DNA of 32,000 bases. Source: Ferroglobus placidus DSM 10642 (GTDB lineage Archaea > Halobacteriota > Archaeoglobi > Archaeoglobales > Archaeoglobaceae). A program made the translations under genes and the position numbers. The DNA lies in the NCBI RefSeq assembly GCF_000025505.1, contig NC_013849.1, positions 1,680,001-1,712,000 on the forward strand. Reading direction: 5' to 3'. This document shows positions 9,963 to 17,188 of this stretch, one piece after another (position 1 is the stretch's first letter; every line of letters begins with the position of its first letter). Below the pieces are notes generated by a model. It had not been told where the DNA came from. It made no database searches and saw only the letters and a program-made list of their open reading frames with translations.

Positions 9963-11366
9963 ATGGTTAAGGTAAAGCTCTTTGCAAACTTTAGAGAGGT
10001 CGTAGGGAAGAAAGAAATTGAAGTTGAAGCAAAAAATCTCAACGAACTTCTTGAAAAGCTTTCTCAAGATTATCCGGGAATTGAAAAGCTTTACGATTAC
10101 ATGATAGTCGTCGTGAACGGAAGGATATTGAAAGAGAACGTTGAACTAAAAGATAACGATGTCGTTGCTTTAATGCCTCCCGTCAGCGGAGGAGAGCTTT
10201 TTTCCGAATTAACTCCAGTAAAAGAGGCACAGAAAATCTTTCTTAACAATATCAAAGAGATCACGCCTGAGATAGTTCCGCTGGAAGATGCTTTTATGAG
10301 GGTGGCTGCCGAGGACATTAAAGCTGAAATAGACATTCCCCACTACAACAGAGCAGCAATGGACGGTTTCGCTGTTGTAAGCGAAGCTGTGAGGAACGCA
10401 AGCAAAAGCAATCCGGTTATTCTAAAAAAAGCCGATTTCGTTGATTTTGAACACGCTAAGTGGGTACACACGGGAGATTCTTTGCCTGAAAATGCTGACG
10501 CTGTCGTAAAAGCTGAAGATGCTGAAGAGCTCGGAGAGTTCGTGGCGATATACAAAGCCGTGAGAAAATACGAAAATGTGGGGCTGAAAGGAGAGGACGT
10601 TAGAAAGGGAGAAGTTATAGTAAAAAAGGGAGAAGTTCTAAAGCCGCAACACCTCTCACTTCTGAGGAGTGCTGGAGTTGAGGAGATAAGGGTTTTTAGA
10701 AATCCGAAAGTTCTCGTCGTTCCTACTGGAGACGAACTCCTCCCACCAAAAAGCGAGCTCGTTGAGGGGAAGGTTTACGAGAGCAACAGCATTCTCGTAG
10801 GAGGATTGGCAAAATTATGGGGGTGCGAAGTCGATGCGAGAGGAATTGTTAGAGACAGCGAAGAAGATCTCAGGAGAATTTTCGAAGACCTTGACGGCTA
10901 CGACTTAGTAGTCACGCTTGGGGGAACTTCTGTCGGTAAGAGAGATTACGTTTACAAAGTTCTTAACGAAATCGGTGAGGTTCTGTTCAGAGGAGTTGCC
11001 CTTCGCCCGGGAAAGCCCACGATAGCTGCTTTAGTAAATGAAAAACCCGTTTTAGCTCTCCCCGGATTTCCCGCAGCTTGTTTTGCCTCAGCTTACCTGT
11101 TCCTCAAACCGGCTGTAGAGAAGATGTTCGGAATGAAGGGAGATGAGGGGTTCAAAGTCGTGCTTGAGGACAAAATTTACTCGAAAGTAGGTTTCACGAG
11201 CTTCGTCAGGCTGAAGGTGAGCTTTCCGGAAATGAAAGCTAAGGTGATATCCTCCTACGGTTCCGGGATACTCTCTTCGATAACGAAAGCTAACGCTTAC
11301 ACGCTTGTTGAAGAGAACGTCGAGGTCGTGGAGAAGGGGGAAGAGGTAGTTGCTTACAGAATTTAA
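9963..11366 (+). CDS. moeA: fusion protein: MoaD/ThiS-like domain + MoeA molybdopterin molybdenumtransferase
   Basis: N-terminal ~79 aa beta-grasp domain MVKVKLFANFREVVG...LMPPVSGG, then a full MoeA (AMDGFAVV, VHTGDSLPENADAVV, NSILVGGLAKLWG, VTLGGTSVGKRDYV, LPGFPAACFAS). Confidence 0.92.
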   Translation: MVKVKLFANFREVVGKKEIEVEAKNLNELLEKLSQDYPGIEKLYDYMIVVVNGRILKENVELKDNDVVALMPPVSGGELFSELTPVKEAQKIFLNNIKEITPEIVPLEDAFMRVAAEDIKAEIDIPHYNRAAMDGFAVVSEAVRNASKSNPVILKKADFVDFEHAKWVHTGDSLPENADAVVKAEDAEELGEFVAIYKAVRKYENVGLKGEDVRKGEVIVKKGEVLKPQHLSLLRSAGVEEIRVFRNPKVLVVPTGDELLPPKSELVEGKVYESNSILVGGLAKLWGCEVDARGIVRDSEEDLRRIFEDLDGYDLVVTLGGTSVGKRDYVYKVLNEIGEVLFRGVALRPGKPTIAALVNEKPVLALPGFPAACFASAYLFLKPAVEKMFGMKGDEGFKVVLEDKIYSKVGFTSFVRLKVSFPEMKAKVISSYGSGILSSITKANAYTLVEENVEVVEKGEEVVAYRI

Positions 11367-11632
11367 GAAAGCTTACTAAATTCGCCCAACTTTATCGTCA
11401 ATGCAAAAACACTAATTTACAATCGCTGAAGTCAAAAGATTTGCTTAACTACACTCCAGTAAAATTCCGAGATAATGATAGCTGTAACACGGCAAAACGC
11501 ACAATAGAGAACTCATCTAAAAAAGTTTTCATATATGCTTCAATTCCGACCGTGCTGTTCGGAATTTATCAAATCTGGTCGATTTTAAAGCTGTTTTAGG
11601 ATTAATTTACAGTTTACACGATCTCATCTAAA

Positions 11633-11900
11633 TCAGAAATCGGAGAGTAAAAAACCCTTTGCGATCATCTCCTTTAAGATTTGATTTGCTTCCTTTTTAG
11701 AGATTATATTCTTTTCAATGCAGCGAACTAAAACACCGATGGTTCCAGACACGGGAACTCCCAAAATATTTCCTCATTTTCCGCTCTTACCACGTGCATT
11801 TCCCATCTCCCTCAGAGTTGCACAGCTCAACCTTTTCACTTCTTCTAATGCAAACATTAAACCTGTGGCAGCCTCAAACTTGCTCCAACAGGGGGAACAG
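11633..11900 (-). pseudogene. remnant of DUF3368/PIN-like nucleic-acid-binding protein (VapC-like)
   Basis: Minus-strand frame ending at 11633 reads ILGVPVSGTIGVLVRCIEKNIISKKEANQILKEMIAKGFLLSDF*, matching the remembered DUF3368 C-terminus (GxxxxGTxGVLxxAKxxGxI...LxxLxxxGFxxS). Upstream residues (LMFALEEVKRLSCATLREMGNARGKSGK*) are in another frame. The upstream edge is approximate. Confidence 0.55.
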
Positions 11901-12280
11901 AGATAATAAAACAGCTACAGCAATTGATAAGTTTCTGGATTTTTCGTGCATCTTCCCGTATTTTATTAGTATCTTGCCGCAAATTACGTATATCGCAGAG
12001 ACCAGAGGCATCAATATTGTCTCCTGAATCGAACTCTCCACTTACTTCACCTCATAATAAGATCGAACCGAGCAATTGACAGAAAAATTTTTGAAGTCTT
12101 GTCGGGAAGCGGAGTACCTACTGCAATAGTGAGGCTGAAGTGAATTGTTTACAAAAAACAAAAATGTCAGAGCCTAAAGCTGTCATCACTCCTCAGCCGA
12201 GAACCGACTCATCATCCGCAATTTTCGTCTCGCGCTTTCCAAATAACCCTTGCTATTACTATTTGTAATATTTCGAAAAA

Positions 12281-12290
12281 CCTATATAAC
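12281..12290 (+). promoter_or_regulatory. archaeal TATA box for the homocysteine operon
   Basis: CCTATATAAC centred about 24 nt upstream of the GTG start at 12310; compatible with a leaderless transcript. Confidence 0.55.
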
Positions 12291-12309
12291 TATCGGTTAG
12301 CTTAACTGC

Positions 12310-13791
12310 GTGAAGACTGTTGAGGAGATTAACGAGAAGATTAGGGAAGGAAACGTAAACGTTGTGACGGCTTTGGAAATGAAAGATATCGTGGCTGAGC
12401 TTGGAGCGAAGGAGGCTGCCAAGGAGGTTGACGTCGTCACCACTGGAACTTTTGGAGCGATGTGCTCTTCTGGAGCATTCTTTAACTTCGGTCATTCTGA
12501 CCCGCCGATAAAGATGCAGAAGGTTTGGCTCAACGACGTGGAAGCTTACACCGGAATAGCTGCCGTCGACGCTTATCTCGGAGTTACGCAGCTTTCTGAA
12601 ACTCTCGGAATGGAGTACGGAGGAGCTCACGTAATCGAAGACCTCGTGAGGGGAAAGGAGGTAGAGTTAAGAGCAACAGCTTATGGAACTGACTGCTATC
12701 CGAGGAAAGAAATTGTTACGGAGATAAGCTTGGAAGACGTTAATCAGGCGGTGATGGTGAATCCGAGGAATGCCTATCAGAGGTATAGGGCTGCAACTAA
12801 CTCCTCTGACAGAGTCCTTCGAACATACATGGGAACCCTTTTGCCGAATTTTGGGAACGTCACCTACGCTGGTGTTGGAGAACTCTCTCCGTTGAACAAC
12901 GACCCGGAATACAGAACTATCGGAGTTGGGACGAGGATTTTCCTCGGAGGAGCTAAGGGATACGTTATCGGCGAAGGGACTCAGCACGCTCCACCTTTCG
13001 GAACGCTGATGGTTAAGGGGAATCTGAAGGAGATGAAGCCCGAATACTTGAGGGCAGCCACGTTTCCTGGGTACGGAGTTACTCTCTTCGTTGGAATTGG
13101 AATTCCAATTCCGATACTTGACGAAAACATGGCTAAAGCGACGGCAATAACCGACGATCAGATAGAGACTGTCATAATAGACTTCGGCGTACCGAGAAGG
13201 GACAGACCGATTGTTAGAAAAGTTACTTACGCTGAGCTGAAAAGCGGAAAGGTTGAGATAAACGGAGAAGAGGTAAGAGTTTCTCCCCTTTCAAGTTACT
13301 ACATGTCGAAGAAAATAGCGGAAGAGTTGAAGAAGATGATAGAGAGGGGAGAATTCTTCTTGACGATGCCCGTAGAAAGAATTCCGCAAAAAGAAGTTTT
13401 CAAGCCGATGAGGCAGAAAGAGATAAAAGTCGTTAAGAGCGTGATGTCTTCTCCGCCGATAACTATTTCTCCGGAAGCGAGCATAGAGGAGGCTGCAAAG
13501 ATTCTCATAGAGAACGAGATAGATCACCTTCCAGTCGTTAACGAGAAGGGAGAGCTTATAGGAATCGTTACGAGCTGGGATATAGCAAGAGCGGTTGCGA
13601 GGGGGAAGGTTGGAAAAGTAGAAGACATAATGACGAGGAAGGTCATCACTACGACGATGGAGGAGCCGATAGAAATAGCGGCGAGGAAGATGGAGCAGCA
13701 CAACATCTCAGCCTTGCCCGTTGTTGATAAGGACAACAGAGTCGTTGGGGTTGTGAGCAGCGAAGACTTGAGCAAGCTCCTTGCGAGGTGA
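12310..13791 (+). CDS. homocysteine biosynthesis protein, DUF39 (HcyBio) domain with C-terminal CBS pair
   Basis: DVVTTGTFGAMCSSGAFFNFGHSDPPIKM, GTDCYPRKE, VGIGIPIPILDE; C-terminal tandem CBS (MSSPPITISPEASIEEAAKILIENEIDHLPVV...MTRKVITTTMEEPIEIAARKMEQHNISALPVVD). Confidence 0.92.
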   Translation: MKTVEEINEKIREGNVNVVTALEMKDIVAELGAKEAAKEVDVVTTGTFGAMCSSGAFFNFGHSDPPIKMQKVWLNDVEAYTGIAAVDAYLGVTQLSETLGMEYGGAHVIEDLVRGKEVELRATAYGTDCYPRKEIVTEISLEDVNQAVMVNPRNAYQRYRAATNSSDRVLRTYMGTLLPNFGNVTYAGVGELSPLNNDPEYRTIGVGTRIFLGGAKGYVIGEGTQHAPPFGTLMVKGNLKEMKPEYLRAATFPGYGVTLFVGIGIPIPILDENMAKATAITDDQIETVIIDFGVPRRDRPIVRKVTYAELKSGKVEINGEEVRVSPLSSYYMSKKIAEELKKMIERGEFFLTMPVERIPQKEVFKPMRQKEIKVVKSVMSSPPITISPEASIEEAAKILIENEIDHLPVVNEKGELIGIVTSWDIARAVARGKVGKVEDIMTRKVITTTMEEPIEIAARKMEQHNISALPVVDKDNRVVGVVSSEDLSKLLAR

Positions 13792-13795
13792 TATA

Positions 13796-14179
13796 ATGCT
13801 TCTAAAACTTAAGTACGATTCCCGTTCGGTAAGAGCTCCGGTCATTTCGAAGGTGGCTATAGAGGAGAACGCGCTGATAAACATAATTGAAGCGAAGGTC
13901 GAGCCGAGGTACGGGGAAATAGTGGTGGAGGTCGACGATGAGATAGCTGAGAGAGTTGCTGAGAAGTTCAAAAAGTACGGAGTAGAGGTTAGAAAGCTCA
14001 CGAAAAGCATAGAGAAGACCGAAAAGTGCGTTGATTGCGGTGCTTGCATTAGCGTCTGCCCCACCGGCGTCTTCGAGAGAGGAGAGGACGACAGAATTGT
14101 TGTAAACGAAGTGAAGTGCATAAGGTGCGGATTTTGCGTAGGAGTATGTCCGCTAAAAGCACTGAGGCTTCCAGAGTGA
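13796..14179 (+). CDS. NIL domain + 2x[4Fe-4S] ferredoxin protein
   Basis: N-terminal NIL-like ~75 aa region, then CVDCGACISVCPTGVF and CIRCGFCVGVCPLKAL. ATG 13796 chosen over 13781. Confidence 0.9.
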   Translation: MLLKLKYDSRSVRAPVISKVAIEENALINIIEAKVEPRYGEIVVEVDDEIAERVAEKFKKYGVEVRKLTKSIEKTEKCVDCGACISVCPTGVFERGEDDRIVVNEVKCIRCGFCVGVCPLKALRLPE

Positions 14180-14868
14180 GGAGGTTCAGGTTCAGATATA
14201 AAGAGACGATCGCAACAATCCTTGCGGAAAGCGAGGAGGTTTTCAAAAAAGCCGTGGAACTGATGCTTTACGCGAGGGAGAAAATAGAGGAGAAGATTAG
14301 CCGAGACCCATTTTTTTCAATAACCTATTCTCCCTACGATTGCTCCGAGGAAATCGTTGAGAGAATGTGTCGAGCCTCAAAACTCGCTGGAGTAGGACCT
14401 ATGGCTGCCGTAGCCGGAACTATAGCTGGTTATGCGGTGGAAAAAGTAGAAGCTGATTTTGTTGTCGTGGACAACGGAGGAGATATAGCTCTTAAAACCG
14501 ACCGCGAGCTTCTCGTTGGAATCTATCCTACCAACCTTGCTTTCAAAATCGAGCCGACGGATTTTTTAGCTATCTGCACTTCGAGCGGAAAAATAGGTCA
14601 CTCTGTAAGTTTCGGCTACGCCGACGCGGCAACAGTTATAGCGAAAGATGCGAGCGTAGCCGATGCTTTTGCAACCGCTTTGGGGAATATTGTGGGAGAA
14701 AAAGACGGAAAGAAAGAGATTGAAGAAAAAATTGAAGAGTTCTGGAAAAAAGCTAAAAGTTACGTTGAGGGGTTGCTCGTCGTGAAGGATGAGGTTGTCG
14801 CCTTCGCCGGAAAAATTCCGGAGCTCGTTGTGGCTAAGATAGACCCAGACGTGATAACAAAAGGCTAA
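14176..14868 (+). CDS. UPF0280 / COG2122 (ApbE-like) protein
   Basis: RYKETIATILAES, DPFFSITYSPYD, GPMAAVAGTIAGY, VVDNGGDIAL, AICTSSGKIGHSVSFG. GTG 14176 overlaps the upstream stop, so the ORF-track start 14116 is probably too long. Confidence 0.88.
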   Translation: MRRFRFRYKETIATILAESEEVFKKAVELMLYAREKIEEKISRDPFFSITYSPYDCSEEIVERMCRASKLAGVGPMAAVAGTIAGYAVEKVEADFVVVDNGGDIALKTDRELLVGIYPTNLAFKIEPTDFLAICTSSGKIGHSVSFGYADAATVIAKDASVADAFATALGNIVGEKDGKKEIEEKIEEFWKKAKSYVEGLLVVKDEVVAFAGKIPELVVAKIDPDVITKG

Positions 14869-15712
14869 CTCTCTCCACCGACTTTTTATCTCTGAAGAAG
14901 GGATCTCCAAGCACTACGTGGTCGCATAAGCTCAAAAGCTCTTTAACGCGATTGGAAACGTCTTCCAACTTTCCTGAGATTGTGAAAAATTCGAGAATTT
15001 TCTCAGCAGCAGCTTTCAGCTTTTCGTATTCGCTGTTGTTTTCCAAGTTCTCCCCTCTCTGCCTCTTTTTTATTAGCTCTTCTATCCTCACTTCTTTGAT
15101 TTTTTCGTAAGATTTGTAGTAGCTGAACTTTTTCAGAAAATCTTTGCTCGTTTGCATAACTATCGAGCAGGCTATAATCAAATCTTGGTAGAACTCGCTC
15201 GGAAGAATTAAAGCCGGTCCGTAAGCTGCTTTAAATCCGTCGTAGTCTTTGAAGACCTCCACGTGCTTGGGATGGACGTGATTCAGCAGAATTCCCGAGC
15301 AGTACTTTTTCGCGATCTCGTAAGATTTCAGCCATGTTACTCCGCAGAGGAATTCATCGAACTTTTCTTTTAACTTTTTTAGAAATTTTTCGTAATCTTT
15401 TAGCTTAAAACCTCCCGAAGCAACGCCGAGAACGAACCTCTCTCCGTAGTCTTTTTCGAGTCTTTTAAAGTTCTCGTAAATTTCCTCCGCTCTCTTCCTC
15501 GGAGTTAACACTCCGAAGCCTACGAGGTGTTCGAAGTTTTCGGCAACTATCTCTGCAACTTTGAAGGGATCTATGAAGAGCGGATTTTCGCCTATCCAGA
15601 TAATCTTCACTCTCTCAGAGAGAAATCTGGAGAGCTCTGCGATCTCTTTCTCCGGAAGGTCTCCGTTTACGTTAACTCCTACTCTACCAGCTTTCGATAA
15701 TTTTTCTAACAT
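14834..15712 (-). CDS. divergent TIM-barrel protein of luciferase-like/F420-dependent oxidoreductase type
   Basis: 292 aa; patterns such as VKIIWIGENPLFIDPFKVAEIVAE, RFVLGVASGG, KSYEIAKKYCSGILLNHVHPKHV, HVVLGDPFF recall the methylene-H4MPT reductase/luciferase-like fold; clearly divergent. Confidence 0.5.
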   Translation of the reverse strand: MLEKLSKAGRVGVNVNGDLPEKEIAELSRFLSERVKIIWIGENPLFIDPFKVAEIVAENFEHLVGFGVLTPRKRAEEIYENFKRLEKDYGERFVLGVASGGFKLKDYEKFLKKLKEKFDEFLCGVTWLKSYEIAKKYCSGILLNHVHPKHVEVFKDYDGFKAAYGPALILPSEFYQDLIIACSIVMQTSKDFLKKFSYYKSYEKIKEVRIEELIKKRQRGENLENNSEYEKLKAAAEKILEFFTISGKLEDVSNRVKELLSLCDHVVLGDPFFRDKKSVERVSLLLSRLGLS

Positions 15713-16157
15713 CCTTTATTTCGCCCTTTTCGCTCTTCTTCTTTTCAGGCACGTAGCCGAGTCTGTCTCCGTAGTTTTCTACAACTATCTTTGCAGCCAT
15801 TTTTGCTATTTCTACGATCTCGAAGTTCTCTCTCTTTTTCAGATGTTCCTTTCTTTTATCAACGAAATAAGAACAGAAGAGGCATTTGTAAACGTTTAAA
15901 GGCTCAACCTCAGCCTCTAAATCGGTTAAAGCTTCCAAAGCACAGATTTTTCCGTCGCTGTACTTGCAGTTTCTCATCTTTTCCGTTCCGTACTTCTTAG
16001 CGTACTTTTCGAGTTCTCCGCTGACCTCCTTTTTTCTCTTCAGGAAGTACCACTCGAGGAGTGCTGAGATAAATTCCGAAGGAGATACTCCGAGCTCCTC
16101 GCACTTTTTCAGAAGTTTCTCCTCTATATCTGCCGGAATGTCGACGGAGACCCTCAT
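15684..16157 (-). CDS. ribbon-helix-helix DNA-binding protein with C-terminal four-Cys cluster
   Basis: N-terminal MRVSVDIPADIEEKLLKKCEELGVSPSEFISALLEWYF resembles RHH; then NCKYSDGKIC-X19-CLFC (CX7C, CX2C). ATGA-coupled to the upstream actin-like gene. Confidence 0.75.
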   Translation of the reverse strand: MRVSVDIPADIEEKLLKKCEELGVSPSEFISALLEWYFLKRKKEVSGELEKYAKKYGTEKMRNCKYSDGKICALEALTDLEAEVEPLNVYKCLFCSYFVDKRKEHLKKRENFEIVEIAKMAAKIVVENYGDRLGYVPEKKKSEKGEIKDVRKIIESW

Positions 16158-17134
16158 GACTTCTTTCTACCTTTCTTTTCCTTCGGCTCCTCCTTCTTTT
16201 CTTCCACCTTCTCTTCTACTTCTTTCTCCTCATACAAAAGCTTTGCCAACTTGTAAAATCCTTTTACGTTGCTCGTTAAAGGATTGTCAGGCATGGTTAC
16301 CTCTCCTATTTCGCTGAAATGTCTCTGGAACTCTTCGTAAACTCCCGGAAGCATCGCTCCTCCTCCGCTCAAAACGAAATTCTCCACTATGCTTATGGAA
16401 AGTCCTTCGATCAGCATCTTCACTCTGCTCGATATTCTGTCTATCCAGCTTCTCATCAACCTTTCGTAGTCCTCTTTGATGTCCTCGTAGCTTATGCTTA
16501 TCTTCTTTCCACTCCTTATTCTCCCCACGGTCTTTTTCTCAACTAACAGCTTCGTCATTTCCTCCGGAGTTATGCTAACGCCAGTTTTGTTCCTTATCTC
16601 CAGCTCCAAGCTTTCGTAGATGTTGTCCACGCCTATGAGCAGAGTGTCTCCTTTTAGAAACTCCATGTCAACCAAAACCGCTACGTCAGTCGTGCCAAAG
16701 CCTATGTCCACGCAGACTCCGGTTTCGTAGTTCAGAAAAGCCAGGCTTCCAACTGGCTGAGGAAATATAACGACCTCCTTTTTCAAGCTTTCCTGAAGCT
16801 TGCTTTTAATCTCCTCCCTTTCCTTCCTTGAAGATTTCACGGGAAGTCCCGTTGCTACGAAATCTCCTTCCGCTTTCTTCAAAGCGTATTTCGCAAGCTC
16901 CACGTACGATTCGTGCATGATTCTGCCTTCGTGGAGGGGTCTTAGGATCTCCATGTCCTCGACGTTCTGAAAATGCACAGCTTCTTCTCCCACGTAAACG
17001 TCCTTTTCTTCTCCTTTCAGGCTCCAGTCCCTCTTTTTTCCGTAGGCGACTATGCTCGGAAATACGAAAACGTTCTCTCCGTCGTTCGTAACTTTCGTGT
17101 AGTTGGTTCCGATATCAAGTCCAACGAATTTCAT
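16154..17134 (-). CDS. archaeal actin-like/ParM-like ATPase
   Basis: Phosphate-1 MKFVGLDIGTNYTKV, phosphate-2 VCVDIGFGTTDVAVL, adenosine motif FVLSGGGAMLPGV; Lys/Glu-rich tail. The track start 17149 is a TTG; ATG 17134 gives the canonical actin-fold N-terminus. Confidence 0.85.
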   Translation of the reverse strand: MKFVGLDIGTNYTKVTNDGENVFVFPSIVAYGKKRDWSLKGEEKDVYVGEEAVHFQNVEDMEILRPLHEGRIMHESYVELAKYALKKAEGDFVATGLPVKSSRKEREEIKSKLQESLKKEVVIFPQPVGSLAFLNYETGVCVDIGFGTTDVAVLVDMEFLKGDTLLIGVDNIYESLELEIRNKTGVSITPEEMTKLLVEKKTVGRIRSGKKISISYEDIKEDYERLMRSWIDRISSRVKMLIEGLSISIVENFVLSGGGAMLPGVYEEFQRHFSEIGEVTMPDNPLTSNVKGFYKLAKLLYEEKEVEEKVEEKKEEPKEKKGRKKS

Positions 17135-17188
17135 TGAAACGAATTTCAAAGCGAAACAATAAAAATTTTGTCGGAAACATTAAGAATC

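Noticed and set aside
11718-12027. Plus-strand ORFs of 62 and 77 aa
   Set aside because: They lie opposite the better-supported DUF3368-like minus-strand remnant and show no recognisable motif.
12667-12987. Minus-strand 106 aa ORF opposite the DUF39 gene
   Set aside because: Shadow ORF; the plus strand is clearly coding.
14116-14175. Extended N-terminus of the UPF0280 ORF (MHKVRILRRSMSAKSTEAS)
   Set aside because: Overlaps the ferredoxin cysteine-motif coding region in another frame; GTG 14176 overlapping the upstream stop is the more economical start.
15561-15899. Plus-strand Phe/Leu-rich ORFs 15561-15899, 15791-16000 and 15964-16317
   Set aside because: Hydrophobic-looking products arise from reading the complement of Lys/Glu-rich genes; they overlap the RHH and actin-like genes.
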